The position numbers were made by a program, and so were the translations under genes. From Candidatus Hodarchaeota archaeon (GTDB lineage: Archaea; Asgardarchaeota; Heimdallarchaeia; Hodarchaeales; Hodarchaeaceae): 55,069 nucleotides of DNA. Positions 29,765 through 40,756 of this stretch are shown in pieces. Position 1 is the stretch's first letter. Every line of letters starts with the position of its first letter. The stretch spans positions 1 to 55,069 of the forward strand of contig JAHQWW010000014.1 of NCBI GenBank assembly GCA_029856365.1. The letters are read 5' to 3'. The notes under the pieces are model-generated. The model saw nothing but the letters and a program-made list of their open reading frames with translations. It was not told the origin of the DNA and did no database searches.

Positions 29765-30424
29765 TCACATTTGATTTAGAATTTGATCTATACCAACCAA
29801 TAAATCTTTTGGATTTTCCATCGGGAAATTTACTATTTTTAACAATATTCCTCGAAATCGTGAAATAAACTCTCTATTTGAATCATCAGAAGAAAATTCT
29901 TCAATAACATCTTGAATGTTGTCAAGCTTTTGTTCATGTCTCCTTACCTTCTCAGAAAAAATGTCCATAATTAAGGTTGCTGTAATACTTGAGAATTTTT
30001 GACCAATAATATCATGTAGAACAAGAAGATGAGGTTCAGTAGACAAAAGATCTAAATTCATAAACATACTGATCTTTTTTGCTGTAATTTCATCAACTTT
30101 ATGTAGAAGAGTACGATAGATGTTCATCTCATCAGCACTTACTGTTCCATCTACTTCGGCTCGTTTATATGTATTTGTTACTATTTCTTTTAGAATCCTC
30201 CTTTGTTTTATTAATAAGATTTGTATTTCACTTTTTGAAAAAGGGTGGTCTTTAGAATCCAATTTTGGTATTTTCTCCGAATGAATAGATAAGTCGTGTT
30301 CTATTCCAGCTATCAGTGTCTGTTCCTCCGCTGTGATCGTTAAATCCTTTAATGCCTCCTGTAATACAACCCTCATTATTTCGTCGGATGGCATTCTAAG
30401 GAGGTAGGAAATATCATCTTCCAT
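29765..30424 (-). CDS. hypothetical protein with TerB-like D-x-x-(I/V)-x-x-x-E motifs
   Basis: DLTITAEEQTLI and DGTVSADEMNIY in helical context. Confidence 0.5.
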   Translation of the reverse strand: MEDDISYLLRMPSDEIMRVVLQEALKDLTITAEEQTLIAGIEHDLSIHSEKIPKLDSKDHPFSKSEIQILLIKQRRILKEIVTNTYKRAEVDGTVSADEMNIYRTLLHKVDEITAKKISMFMNLDLLSTEPHLLVLHDIIGQKFSSITATLIMDIFSEKVRRHEQKLDNIQDVIEEFSSDDSNREFISRFRGILLKIVNFPMENPKDLLVGIDQILNQM

Positions 30425-30666
30425 GTTAAATTTGAGCTCCTTGGGCTTATTTAGCAGCTTTAAAAGTATTTTACTTTTTTAAGCTCTGATATGAATAAGG
30501 TTCTTAATGAATCTTCTGATAGATTCTGGTTATTTTAGTATTTTTTTATTAAAGAAAATTAAACAATCATTCGCAAACCTTTTATTAGTCTAAGTGCTAG
30601 ATATTTGACATCTTCCGTGATGGCGGTCAGGCTATCAATGGAGAGTGCAAATGGTGTAGATTGAAA

Positions 30667-32439
30667 ATGAGCAAGATCCTAAGAGTAAACATGAGTACTT
30701 TGGAACATTCTTTCGAAGATGTTCCAGAGAAATACAAAACACTCGGAGGAAGGGCACTTACGAGTAACATCGTTTTTGATGAAGTAGATCCGACGACTGA
30801 CCCTCTTGGGCCCAATAATAAGCTTATTGTTGCCCCAGGTATTCTCGCAGGAACGAATGCGCCATCATCAGGTCGATTAAGTGTTGGGGGTAAATCACCT
30901 CTAACAAATGGAATTAAAGAAGCAAATGCAGGTGGATTATCTGCTCAAAAACTCGGATGTTTGGGCATAAAAGCCCTGATTGTTGAAGGGCAGGCCTCAG
31001 GCGATAATTGGTACAATATTATCCTGACCAAAGATAAATGTGAAATCGTTGAAGCTAATGAGTTTCATGGTATGGGTTTATACGAATTAATTGCTAAAAT
31101 ATGGGAAAAATATCCTAACAAACCAGGTATTATTGGCTGTGGGGTTGCAGGACAGAAACAACTGACAGGGGCAGGGATTTTTGGTAATAATATTGAAAAT
31201 AGTGATCCTGGACGTTATGCAGGTCGGGGAGGATTAGGTGCAGTCCTTGGAAGTAAGAGAGTCATTGCAATAATATCAGATGATACAGGTATGGAACGTC
31301 CCAAACCAGTTGATCAAGAGTTATTTGATACTGGACGAAGAAAATTACGTGAAGCACTAAATGAACATGCGGTAACAGGAGCAATTGAAAAAGACGGGAA
31401 AGCTTATGGAGGGTTAAAGAATTATGGGACGAATATTCTACAAAACATTATCAATGAAGCAGGAGCCCTTCCTCACCGTAATTGGACTGAAGGCCGTTTT
31501 GAGGGTGCAGCCAAAATTAGTGGTGAAGCTGTTCATGAACTGGTCGACAAAGTGAAAAATAAATTCCCGAATTCAACAGCGGCCTACAATCATGCCTGTC
31601 ATCCTGGATGTGTAATCCGATGTAGTAATATCGTTCCTTATGAAGAAAATGGCGCACACCAAGTTTCACCACTTGAATATGAAACCGCTTGGGCACTAGG
31701 TACAAATTGTGCAATCGACGATCTCTATTATGTAGCTGAACTCAATCGTGTCTGTAATGATATGGGACTAGACACAATCGAAGCGGGGAACACTATCGCT
31801 GTTGCAATGGAAGGTGGTGTACTTGAATTCGGAGATGGTCCTGGGGCAGTGGATTTATTAAAGAAAGTTGCCACAGATGATGAGATCGGTAAAGTTATCG
31901 GTAATGGTGCGGTAGCAATGGGAAAATATAAGGGTGTTAGTCGCGTTGCTCAAGTTAAAGGTCAGAGTTTACCTGCTTATGATCCACGACCTATTAAAGG
32001 TATCGGGGTAACATATGCGACGGGACCTCAAGGTGGTGATCACACACAAGCGTACACAATTGCGCCAGAAATCCTGCAAATTGGTGGTAAACCAGACCGA
32101 ATGGACGTAAAAAAAGCTGAATTGTCACGAGCCTTCCAAACCACAACAGCGTATATTGATTCAACTGGATATTGTCTCTTCATTGCTTTTGCTATTCTCG
32201 ACATTGAATCTGGACTAAATGGTATGGTCGAATCGATCAACGGTTTCTTAGGCACAGAGGTTGACGTTGGCAAATATGGCGCAGATATAATTCGGATTGA
32301 ACGAGAATTTAACAAAAGAGCGGGTATGACAGCCAAAGACGACAGATTACCAGACTTCTTCTACAAAGAAGCTCTACCACCGCACAATGTTGTTTTTGAC
32401 GTACCAGACGAAGAGTTAGACAAAGTTCATCAGGAGTAA
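30667..32439 (+). CDS. aor: tungsten-dependent aldehyde:ferredoxin oxidoreductase family protein
   Basis: ILRVNMS, GGRAL, GKSPLT.GIKEANAGG, GRGGLGAVLGSK, CHPGCVIRC, EYET, GLDTIE, YDPR, GGDH, DDRLP. Confidence 0.95.
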   Translation: MSKILRVNMSTLEHSFEDVPEKYKTLGGRALTSNIVFDEVDPTTDPLGPNNKLIVAPGILAGTNAPSSGRLSVGGKSPLTNGIKEANAGGLSAQKLGCLGIKALIVEGQASGDNWYNIILTKDKCEIVEANEFHGMGLYELIAKIWEKYPNKPGIIGCGVAGQKQLTGAGIFGNNIENSDPGRYAGRGGLGAVLGSKRVIAIISDDTGMERPKPVDQELFDTGRRKLREALNEHAVTGAIEKDGKAYGGLKNYGTNILQNIINEAGALPHRNWTEGRFEGAAKISGEAVHELVDKVKNKFPNSTAAYNHACHPGCVIRCSNIVPYEENGAHQVSPLEYETAWALGTNCAIDDLYYVAELNRVCNDMGLDTIEAGNTIAVAMEGGVLEFGDGPGAVDLLKKVATDDEIGKVIGNGAVAMGKYKGVSRVAQVKGQSLPAYDPRPIKGIGVTYATGPQGGDHTQAYTIAPEILQIGGKPDRMDVKKAELSRAFQTTTAYIDSTGYCLFIAFAILDIESGLNGMVESINGFLGTEVDVGKYGADIIRIEREFNKRAGMTAKDDRLPDFFYKEALPPHNVVFDVPDEELDKVHQE

Positions 32440-32471
32440 TTTTCTCCTTCTCCTTTTCTTTTTTATTCTTT
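32440..32471 (+). terminator. pyrimidine/T-rich archaeal-type terminator after aor
   Basis: ttttctccttctccttttcttttttattcttt immediately after the stop. Confidence 0.5.
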
Positions 32472-32499
32472 CAAGAAGGATCAAACTCGCCATTCGATA

Positions 32500-33570
32500 T
32501 TATCTTGGAGCTGTTTCTTGAGGTATTTGATATTCTGATAATCTCTCCTTTGGGTACGCAGTATTTCTTATTATTATCCAAAGAACAAGAAGTAAAACTG
32601 GACTGATTATTAGAATAGTTATCGTTTGGAAGAAAACCAAACTAATTGTGTGCATAGTCAATAGGCCTAATGATATTATGAGATAACCATAGAAACCTAT
32701 GTTATTGATGGATGTTTTAGACTTTATATTCTCAATATTAATAGCCTTCAGATCTTTTAAATTACACCAAAGAAGATATAATAAATATATTAGTCCTACC
32801 CCAACCAGAATGAATAAATAGAATATATTGTAAAGCGTAGTGAGATCGGTACCTTCAATCAATATTGATGGTACTGCCGATATCCCATTGACAACTCCGT
32901 GTATTAGCATTGCATAAATAAGTTTTCGTGTCTTGATATAGGAGATTCCTAAGACGAAGGCTAAGATGAGAACAGATGAGATATGAATAATAGTCCCTGT
33001 TATATTTCCATTAAGAAGATCAGCTGGTAGATGTAAAAGCGTAAAAAACAATGAGGATGCTAAAACAGCACCAGCTGGAGACATCCCTCGTTCTTCCAGC
33101 AAGGGGATCAATGTTCTTCGATATACTAATTCTTCAAATAATGGCGCTCCTAAAATTAGAGGAACAAAGAAAATAATAATAGTTACAGGAGAAAGAATTT
33201 CTTTGGGTATGAGTAATACTTCTAATCCCCCTCTTGGAGTTTCTAATTGTAAAATCTCTATTGAAATAATTATTATAATCGTGGCAACAATAATTAAAGC
33301 CCATGTTAAACAAATTAAAAGCAAAGTAGATATCATTGCATAATGATTATGAGGAGACTGTCTAATGTATTTTAATTTAAGCCATGGAATAATCCAGAGC
33401 CAAATAATTACTGAACCTAGTATCTGACTTAGAAATAGAATAATAAGATTCCATACTGGCGTATAAAGAGGATCACTGAATTCAGGTAATCTCATTAATA
33501 TTCCTACTAAAAGTATCGATACAATGACTTGTAATACTAGAAGCAGAACCATTCCCCCAAAAGAGACCAA
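32500..33570 (-). CDS. CPBP (Abi/CAAX type II) intramembrane metalloprotease
   Basis: EELVYR, FTLLH, HGVVN and many TM helices; in-frame TAA at 33589-33591 just upstream. Confidence 0.85.
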   Translation of the reverse strand: MVSFGGMVLLLVLQVIVSILLVGILMRLPEFSDPLYTPVWNLIILFLSQILGSVIIWLWIIPWLKLKYIRQSPHNHYAMISTLLLICLTWALIIVATIIIIISIEILQLETPRGGLEVLLIPKEILSPVTIIIFFVPLILGAPLFEELVYRRTLIPLLEERGMSPAGAVLASSLFFTLLHLPADLLNGNITGTIIHISSVLILAFVLGISYIKTRKLIYAMLIHGVVNGISAVPSILIEGTDLTTLYNIFYLFILVGVGLIYLLYLLWCNLKDLKAINIENIKSKTSINNIGFYGYLIISLGLLTMHTISLVFFQTITILIISPVLLLVLWIIIRNTAYPKERLSEYQIPQETAPR

Positions 33571-33887
33571 AGCAGGAGTTAAAAAATTTTAAAAACTCTC
33601 ATCACTCTCATAAATTACCAATGAATCACTTCACACTGAAATTATAAGAAAAAAAGATCTTGGATTTACCAATGTACTCTTATCATTTAATAATCCTAAT
33701 TTTTACCTATAATCTTCTTTTCTTGAATTCTAAGGAATGTGTAAAGGAAAAATATCTAGAAATTTAAAGCTGATGAAAGCGGAATCTTCCGTATTCTAAG
33801 AGTATATTAAGTAAAAGTAATTTTCAGCATAAAAGGGAAGAAAAGCTGAAATCACCACGGATATGATAACAAAATTGGTGATGTTTA

Positions 33888-34448
33888 TTGAATCAACCAC
33901 AATCTCTTTCATCAGAAAAGAAAATCATTTTACCTAAACCTGATACCTACTTCTATCGGTTAATGCATCATAAGGGGAAGGAACTCCCACGATCCTATAA
34001 ATGGTTTAAACGATTGAATAGAATAGTAGTTCCTCTCTATAGACTCCGTATATTACCATTTTTTGGAATTGGATGGATTATTCTGATGATAACTACAATT
34101 GGTCGTCGTACTGGTAAAACTTATCGAACTCCAGTAGAATTTCACAGAATAAATGAAGTAATCCACATTACTGCTGGACGGGGAGAGAAGACAGACTGGG
34201 TTAGAAATATTCGTGCAAATCCTGAAAATTTACGGGTACAAGTCGGCTTCGGAAGTTTCCAACCAAGAGTAGAGATTGTTGAAAATATTTTAGAAAAAGA
34301 AAAATTCATTGAATGGATGATTAAAAATATCCCACGAGAAGCGGAAATGAGTTTTGGTTGGAATCGCAAGAAAGATGATCTTAAGTATACTGATTTGACC
34401 CCACTAGCTAATTTCCTGACAATTATTAGATTACATAAACCTTCTTAA
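33888..34448 (+). CDS. deazaflavin (F420)-dependent nitroreductase family (DDN-like) protein
   Basis: TTIGRRTGK.YRTP, DWVRNIRANP. Confidence 0.85.
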   Translation: MNQPQSLSSEKKIILPKPDTYFYRLMHHKGKELPRSYKWFKRLNRIVVPLYRLRILPFFGIGWIILMITTIGRRTGKTYRTPVEFHRINEVIHITAGRGEKTDWVRNIRANPENLRVQVGFGSFQPRVEIVENILEKEKFIEWMIKNIPREAEMSFGWNRKKDDLKYTDLTPLANFLTIIRLHKPS

Positions 34449-34555
34449 CAGATTTCACTCTATTATTTCACAGGAATCAAATCACATTCCTGTAAATTTA
34501 TACCAATCATTTTTTATTTCCATAAATAACGCTTCGGCTTGAGAAGATACATTAC

Positions 34556-36472
34556 ATGAATATCAATCAGTTAGTTGAAACTCTGGCGAATGATATCTCT
34601 AGCCAATCAATAATGAATATGGTCACTCGTATTTCTCAGTATCATCGGGTTCAGGGTTCTAATGGATACTTTAAAGCAGCCAAATATGTCCAATCTATCT
34701 TAGAAAAAAATGCATTAGAAACAAAGTTGTATGAATTTCCTGCTAATGGAGTTTGGGAGCATTGGGGATGGATTACACCCATCTCTTGGGATATCACTTC
34801 TGGGGAATGTTGGATAACTAAACCTATCAAAAAAAGACTTTGTAACTATCAGAATGTTCCAATGAGTGTCATTACTCATTCTAAACCGTGTAATTTTGAA
34901 GCATCTGTAATCGATGCTAGAAAAGGAGACCAGGTAGAAGATTATCAGAAAGCTAAAGGGAAAATCGCTTTAATTACTGGAAGTCCAAGAAAGATATTCC
35001 AATTAGCAGCAGAACACGGAGTAAAAGGACTAATTATCCACCCAAATGCGGAAAGAGCAGCTGATCTTGGGCCAAATGCGGTCCAATATGACGGCTTTTG
35101 GCCAATTGCTGAGAATTTATCAAAAGTAACTTCTGGCTTTTCTATTTCACACAAACAAGCTCTAGAACTTAAAAAATATCTAGAGACTAATGAAGAGGTT
35201 TTAGTTCGTTTTAAAATTGATGCAAATTTCTCAATTAATGATGGAAAGCTTCATGTGCTTGAAGCGGAAATAAAAGGATCAAAAAAACCCTTGGAAGAAA
35301 TAATCCTAATATGTCATCTTTGTCATCCTTCTGCAGGTGCAAATGACAATGCATCTGGTAGTGCAACCCTTGCTGAATTAATTTTAAGTATTAATAGAAT
35401 GATTATCAAGGGTGATTTACCACAACCAGAAAGGACCCTAAAATTTCTTTGGGTACCTGAATTTTCAGGAACCATTCCATGGTTGAAGCTCTACGACAAT
35501 CAACACAATCAAAGAAAAATTATTTCAGTTTTTAACCTTGACATGGTTGGTGAGTCTCCTAGGAAGATTGGAACACCTTTAACGATTAATTGCCCAAGCT
35601 GTGCGACTCCCTCATATCTCAAGGCACTCCTTAATAATGCTGCTAGATGTATCACTGAACAAATGGCCATATATGATGAAGACGGGCGAATCTACCGATT
35701 AAACTATCGATTAAAACCTTTTACTGGAGGAAGCGACCATCTAATTTTTAATGATAGACATTTTTCTATACCAAGTGTAATGTTAAGCCATGAGGATCCC
35801 TTTCATCATTCTAGTGCTGATTCTATTGATAAAGTTGACCCTCATGAGTGTAAAAGCGTAGCGATAATAGCTGGATCGGCTGCTTTTGGTTTATCTATTA
35901 TAGATACCCAATTCCTCAAGGAATTAGCATATTTCGTATTTTTGGAGGGAGTAGAAGATATGATACGACATGAATTATACTTAGATCAGGGAGAATTAAC
36001 AAGAAACCAGAAAGTAAGGCAGTTAAAGCTATTAGAAAGGAAAATCATAGAACAAATGGAAAGTGTGTTGGAACTCAAACCTGAAAGTGAGGTTCAGGAA
36101 AAATTAACCTATTTCTCACAAGCAATAAAAGGTCATTTTTCTCGCATAACTAGACAGTTAAAGATAGATTCAGAGGAACCAATAGAAGAAGAATTAGCCA
36201 GGATGAAGATCAAGCGTAATTATTTAGGGCCAATATCATATAAGCAACTAGATAGAACTGATCGTTCTGCAGAGGATAAGAAAACATTTGAAAGCTTAAC
36301 AAAAGAATATTGGGGAGGTATTACTCTAGAACTGCTAAATCTAGCGGATGGTACTTTAACAATAGAAGAGATCTTCCTTTTACTCAACATTTATTACCCA
36401 AATATTGAATTAAATAATGTATTATCCGTTGTTAAACTGTTTCAGAGGGAGAGAATTCTTATTGAGGTATAA
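34556..36472 (+). CDS. M28-family peptidase-like protein (DUF4910) with PA domain
   Basis: HRVQGS, HLCHP..GANDNASG, WVPE, NLDMVG, GSDH, HHSSAD. Confidence 0.85.
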   Translation: MNINQLVETLANDISSQSIMNMVTRISQYHRVQGSNGYFKAAKYVQSILEKNALETKLYEFPANGVWEHWGWITPISWDITSGECWITKPIKKRLCNYQNVPMSVITHSKPCNFEASVIDARKGDQVEDYQKAKGKIALITGSPRKIFQLAAEHGVKGLIIHPNAERAADLGPNAVQYDGFWPIAENLSKVTSGFSISHKQALELKKYLETNEEVLVRFKIDANFSINDGKLHVLEAEIKGSKKPLEEIILICHLCHPSAGANDNASGSATLAELILSINRMIIKGDLPQPERTLKFLWVPEFSGTIPWLKLYDNQHNQRKIISVFNLDMVGESPRKIGTPLTINCPSCATPSYLKALLNNAARCITEQMAIYDEDGRIYRLNYRLKPFTGGSDHLIFNDRHFSIPSVMLSHEDPFHHSSADSIDKVDPHECKSVAIIAGSAAFGLSIIDTQFLKELAYFVFLEGVEDMIRHELYLDQGELTRNQKVRQLKLLERKIIEQMESVLELKPESEVQEKLTYFSQAIKGHFSRITRQLKIDSEEPIEEELARMKIKRNYLGPISYKQLDRTDRSAEDKKTFESLTKEYWGGITLELLNLADGTLTIEEIFLLLNIYYPNIELNNVLSVVKLFQRERILIEV

Positions 36473-36633
36473 GAAGGGATTTTAGTTTGAAATCTCTTTC
36501 TTATATTAGTAAAAAAAAGTCATAAAGAATAGTTCACAAAAGAAAACAATTTACAAAAGTTAAAAAACAAGTAGTATTTGAATATAATATCATCGTTACA
36601 TATATTTAACTGTTAGTAATAGGAACTTAATAG

Positions 36634-37440
36634 ATGGTAACTATAGAACAAATTCTTTGGGGCTTATTTCTGTCCCTATTTGCTGGCCTTTCTACAACAC
36701 TTGGAGCTATTACAGTCTTTATTATAAATCCGAACGATTCAAAGATTATTAGCCTTAGTATGGGATTTTCTGCTGGTGTCATGCTAGGAGTGTCTATATT
36801 TGAGTTACTACCAGAAGCAATCAATAATTTAGAAATTTTTACTGCTGGTCTTTTTTTCTTATTAGGAATGATTGTTGTAGGACTTCTGGACTTTTTTATC
36901 CCCCATGAATACATGCATGAACATTCATGTAGTGATACAGATACGGTACCGATAAGTAATCTAAATAATCCGCGTCTTCTAAGAACAGGCTTGTTAGTAG
37001 CGATTGGAATAGCAATTCATAATTTACCTGAAGGTTTTGTAACAATTACGGGAAGTCTCTATTCCATTGAATTAGGACTTATTTTAGCTATTGCTATTGC
37101 ATTACATAATATCCCTGAAGGTCTTTCCGCAGCAATTCCAATCTATGCTGCCTCTGGTAATAAAAAGAAGGCTTTTGGAATATCTTTTCTTTCAGGTCTA
37201 GCTGAACCAGTTGGAGCTATAATTGGGTTAATAGTCCTCTTAGGCCTAGGAATGATTAATGAAGAAGTAGTAGTGATCTCTCTAGCTGTTGTAGCTGGTA
37301 TAATGACTTTTATTTCTCTTGACGAATTATTACCTATCGCTCATGAAACATGTAACGATAACGGTAATGATACTCATACTGTTACAGCTGGTATCTTAGC
37401 GGGCATGGCAGTCATGCTGGCTACTTTGATTATATTATAA
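36634..37440 (+). CDS. zupT: ZIP family zinc transporter (ZupT/GufA)
   Basis: GFSAGVM, HNLPEG, HNIPEG, SGLAEP, DELLP. Confidence 0.92.
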   Translation: MVTIEQILWGLFLSLFAGLSTTLGAITVFIINPNDSKIISLSMGFSAGVMLGVSIFELLPEAINNLEIFTAGLFFLLGMIVVGLLDFFIPHEYMHEHSCSDTDTVPISNLNNPRLLRTGLLVAIGIAIHNLPEGFVTITGSLYSIELGLILAIAIALHNIPEGLSAAIPIYAASGNKKKAFGISFLSGLAEPVGAIIGLIVLLGLGMINEEVVVISLAVVAGIMTFISLDELLPIAHETCNDNGNDTHTVTAGILAGMAVMLATLIIL

Positions 37441-37605
37441 AATTCTTAATGTAAAATTCTCCCATAAAAGATTTTTTTAGCATAGTTTTGGTTATGCTTC
37501 AAGATAAGCTTTTTTTCATATTAATTATTAGCTTATTTCAAAGTCTAAAAATATGAACCGTTATAAAGGAAAAATTCTAGAGCGATAAATGATTGTGAGA
37601 AGAAT

Positions 37606-38121
37606 ATGGCAATTAAATCCCTCCAAGAGATACTTAGAGATATCCTAAAAGACGGTCGAAAATCCCCTGGAGAATGGAAGACACTTCTCGCTCCAACTTC
37701 TGATCGTTTTGGTTCGGATTTATTGCTTTTTCATCCTACTACAGGACCTATTTATCAAGTTCGAGCTTATGAGAAGAATCCCTTTCAAATGACTGGGATG
37801 GGAACACGAATAGCCCGTGACGTTGATGAAGACTTTTTAAACCTCATTAAAACTCAAAGGTCTCGTGGTAATTTAGGAATTCTTGATCTCAATTATCGTA
37901 TTCTACGAGAGGCTATTAATGACGGTGCAAAATTGGATCAACTTTTTCTAAATGCACTCAAGGGTACTAAAGATCAGGGAATAGATTTTGTTAATCTTGG
38001 GGATGCTTTTCGATCTAGAGGTCAGAGGCCCCTCCCTTTACTCACAGATAGCCAAAAGAAACTAGATAAGGAATATAAGCGTCTCCTCAAGAGAGAAGGT
38101 AAAACTTCCATGTATGGTTGA
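37606..38121 (+). CDS. conserved archaeal hypothetical protein
   Basis: W...G.DL...HP....YQ..AY.KNP...G.G...AR pattern, recalled from haloarchaeal/euryarchaeal hypotheticals. Confidence 0.6.
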   Translation: MAIKSLQEILRDILKDGRKSPGEWKTLLAPTSDRFGSDLLLFHPTTGPIYQVRAYEKNPFQMTGMGTRIARDVDEDFLNLIKTQRSRGNLGILDLNYRILREAINDGAKLDQLFLNALKGTKDQGIDFVNLGDAFRSRGQRPLPLLTDSQKKLDKEYKRLLKREGKTSMYG

Positions 38122-38312
38122 TAGCTTTCTCGCGTTTACAAAAATCACTCCTAGTTTTAATGGTTTTTAATCGCTTTTTTCTTTCTTCGTCGTTGTAAAA
38201 GTTCATGTATTAACTCTTTTAACTTCATATCAATTAGATTTTATGTTTTAAAGATAGAAAAGTATTCATATATTTGGGATTCTACCTAGTGCTTCGAGAA
38301 CAGTGGTCAAAA

Positions 38313-39098
38313 ATGTCTTGGTATGACGAGTACAACAATTTACTTGATGATTTTACCAGCACTGTTGAAGACGAGCTTCTTCAATATGTTCGTGGCCTTA
38401 TTCTATATGGATCTTATCAAAAAGAACAGGAAGAACCAGGTTGGATTATTCCTGGAATTAGTGATATCGATTTAGTGTTGATAGTTGACATTGATGACAT
38501 TAATGAGGAGAAACCACCACGAAGACTGGCTAAAATAGGAGAGGCGTTATCTCTTTTTTTCGTTCATCCTGTGTATGCTCCCCTTCTTGATTTACGACTT
38601 CTAGAATTTACTGATTTACCCGCTAGGATTGGTATGGGTTTTTCGCCTATTCATGCAGTAGCTGCCGCCCAATTTGGAGAAGTTATTCTTGGAAAAAATG
38701 TACTGGAGAATTTTACTTATAGTGAGAAATTACTGAATCGATCTGCTAAAATCATTATCAATCAAGGTTACGAAAGCATTAAACGAGGTTATTTACATCG
38801 AGAACTGGGAGAAGAACCTACCTGTATTGAATTCGCTGATATAATTTTAGATATTGCTCACGCGGCTTTGGCTGCGAATGGAATATTTAACATAGTAAGA
38901 CCTGAAGTCCCTGAGAAGTTCGATCTTATTTTGGGAGACGAGATAGGTAGCGATGGAGTGGACATTGTATATGAGGCAAAAAAGTGGCGTATGGGTAGTC
39001 AGAAGATGAAACCACCTATGTTTCTAAGAGGATCACTCCAGCTTTCCCAACGTACTATGACCTATATTCGCAACCCTTTCAATAAATCAAATCACTAA
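38313..39098 (+). CDS. Pol-beta-type nucleotidyltransferase domain plus helical (HEPN-like) C-terminal domain
   Basis: LYGS...SDIDLVLIV; C-terminal helical bundle. Confidence 0.75.
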   Translation: MSWYDEYNNLLDDFTSTVEDELLQYVRGLILYGSYQKEQEEPGWIIPGISDIDLVLIVDIDDINEEKPPRRLAKIGEALSLFFVHPVYAPLLDLRLLEFTDLPARIGMGFSPIHAVAAAQFGEVILGKNVLENFTYSEKLLNRSAKIIINQGYESIKRGYLHRELGEEPTCIEFADIILDIAHAALAANGIFNIVRPEVPEKFDLILGDEIGSDGVDIVYEAKKWRMGSQKMKPPMFLRGSLQLSQRTMTYIRNPFNKSNH

Positions 39099-39277
39099 AA
39101 GTGTTGATTTATTATTTATGTCTTTTTTTGGGGAAATTGTTAATGTAGAGAGAATTACGTTGGCCGTGAGGAATATTTAAAGAAACACTATGAAAAACAG
39201 GATTAAATGGATTGAATTTCTTAAAAGCCTGATTTAAAGATAATCTAGGCAATGATTCAACGATTTTGTGACCTATT

Positions 39278-40756
39278 TTGGCTCTTCCTCAAATTCAGGT
39301 AAATAATTTAACTTTTTATTATAAGAACTCTGATAAAGCTGCCTTATCTAACATTAATCTAAAGTTTAATGAAGGTGAAGTCATTTGTGTTACAGGATCT
39401 AGTGGGGGAGGTAAAACTACATTTGGATTGGCGCTCTCAGGTCACATCCCACACACACTCGCAGGAGATGTTAGGGGGGAGATTATCTTTCAAGGAGTTC
39501 CAAGTTCCGATCTTTCTATCACTGACATTAGTCAATTCATTGGACTTGTCCAACAAGATCCTGAGAACCAGCTTGTGACTCCCTCGGTTCTTGAAGAAGT
39601 TGCTTTTGGCCCTGAGAATTTATCCTTACCAAAAAAAGAAATTCTTCACCGTGTAAAAGTAAGTTTAGAAACAATGGATCTTTTATCGCTGGTTTCTAGA
39701 TCTACTAATGAGCTATCTGGTGGAGAAAAACAACGCGTTGCTATTGCATCTATACTTACTATGTGCCCTCAAGTCTTAGTTCTTGATGAACCAACTTCTT
39801 TTTTAGATTTTCAAAGCTATCAAAAGCTCATTTCTACATTGAGAGAGTTAAACCTACAAAATAAAATAACTATAATTATTATAGAACACCAACCATACTT
39901 ATTTAAAGAATTGATAGATAGATTAATTGTTATTGAGCACGGAAGTATTGTTGGAGACTTTCAAAAACCTAATATTAATTTTACACAACAAAAAATTTCA
40001 CAAGAAGAACTTCAAACCATTCAGCGAATCCGCCCAAAAACTGATTCGGGTAGAGTTTTAGACATTCAAAAACTAAATATATCAATGAAAAACCGTTTAG
40101 TAGCGAAAGAAATTTCAGCAGAGCTAAGACAAGGATATGTTTATGCGATTGTCGGGCCAAATGGAGCAGGTAAGACCACACTCTTACAAGCCATACTTAA
40201 CCTTATCCCTAGCAGGGGAACAATTCTTTACAATAATAAAAAAATATCAAACACCCCTACATTTCAATTAGCGAAAAAAATCGGTCTTATTTTTCAGAAT
40301 CCTAACCATCAAATTTTCGAGAAAACTGTGTTAGAGGAAATAACTTTCGCCCCGAAAAATTTTGGGCAAGATCTGAACAAGGTTATTCTAAATGCAAAAC
40401 AGTTACTCAGGGAAGCATCGCTTGATTCCTATATAAAAATGACACCTTTTGGTTTAAGTTATGGTGAAAAACGTCGATTGAACATCTGTTCTATTTTAAT
40501 TTATGAACCTGATCTTTTACTGTTGGATGAACCATTTATTGGACAGGATCGGGCGAATATTGAATATTTAATACAGCTATTAAAGGAACGTAAATTAAAA
40601 GGACATACATCCGTTATTGTGTCTCATCGGAGAGAATTATATGATTTAGTAGATTATTTCTTTGTTCTGGACAAAGGAAAGTTAGTAGCTCAAGGAAGAC
40701 CAGAAGAAATTGTTACTTATCTTCGTGAGAATAGTATCATCGGATTTGTTTCCTAA
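39278..40756 (+). CDS. ecfA: ECF transporter fused double ATPase (A-A')
   Basis: Two Walker A motifs (GSSGGGKT, GPNGAGKT), QDPENQ/QNPNHQ, LSGGEKQR/LSYGEKRR. Confidence 0.92.
   Translation: MALPQIQVNNLTFYYKNSDKAALSNINLKFNEGEVICVTGSSGGGKTTFGLALSGHIPHTLAGDVRGEIIFQGVPSSDLSITDISQFIGLVQQDPENQLVTPSVLEEVAFGPENLSLPKKEILHRVKVSLETMDLLSLVSRSTNELSGGEKQRVAIASILTMCPQVLVLDEPTSFLDFQSYQKLISTLRELNLQNKITIIIIEHQPYLFKELIDRLIVIEHGSIVGDFQKPNINFTQQKISQEELQTIQRIRPKTDSGRVLDIQKLNISMKNRLVAKEISAELRQGYVYAIVGPNGAGKTTLLQAILNLIPSRGTILYNNKKISNTPTFQLAKKIGLIFQNPNHQIFEKTVLEEITFAPKNFGQDLNKVILNAKQLLREASLDSYIKMTPFGLSYGEKRRLNICSILIYEPDLLLLDEPFIGQDRANIEYLIQLLKERKLKGHTSVIVSHRRELYDLVDYFFVLDKGKLVAQGRPEEIVTYLRENSIIGFVS

Noticed and set aside
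30607-30660. Weak hairpin in the aor leader as a Moco/Wco riboswitch
   Set aside because: Too short, and no recognisable riboswitch consensus
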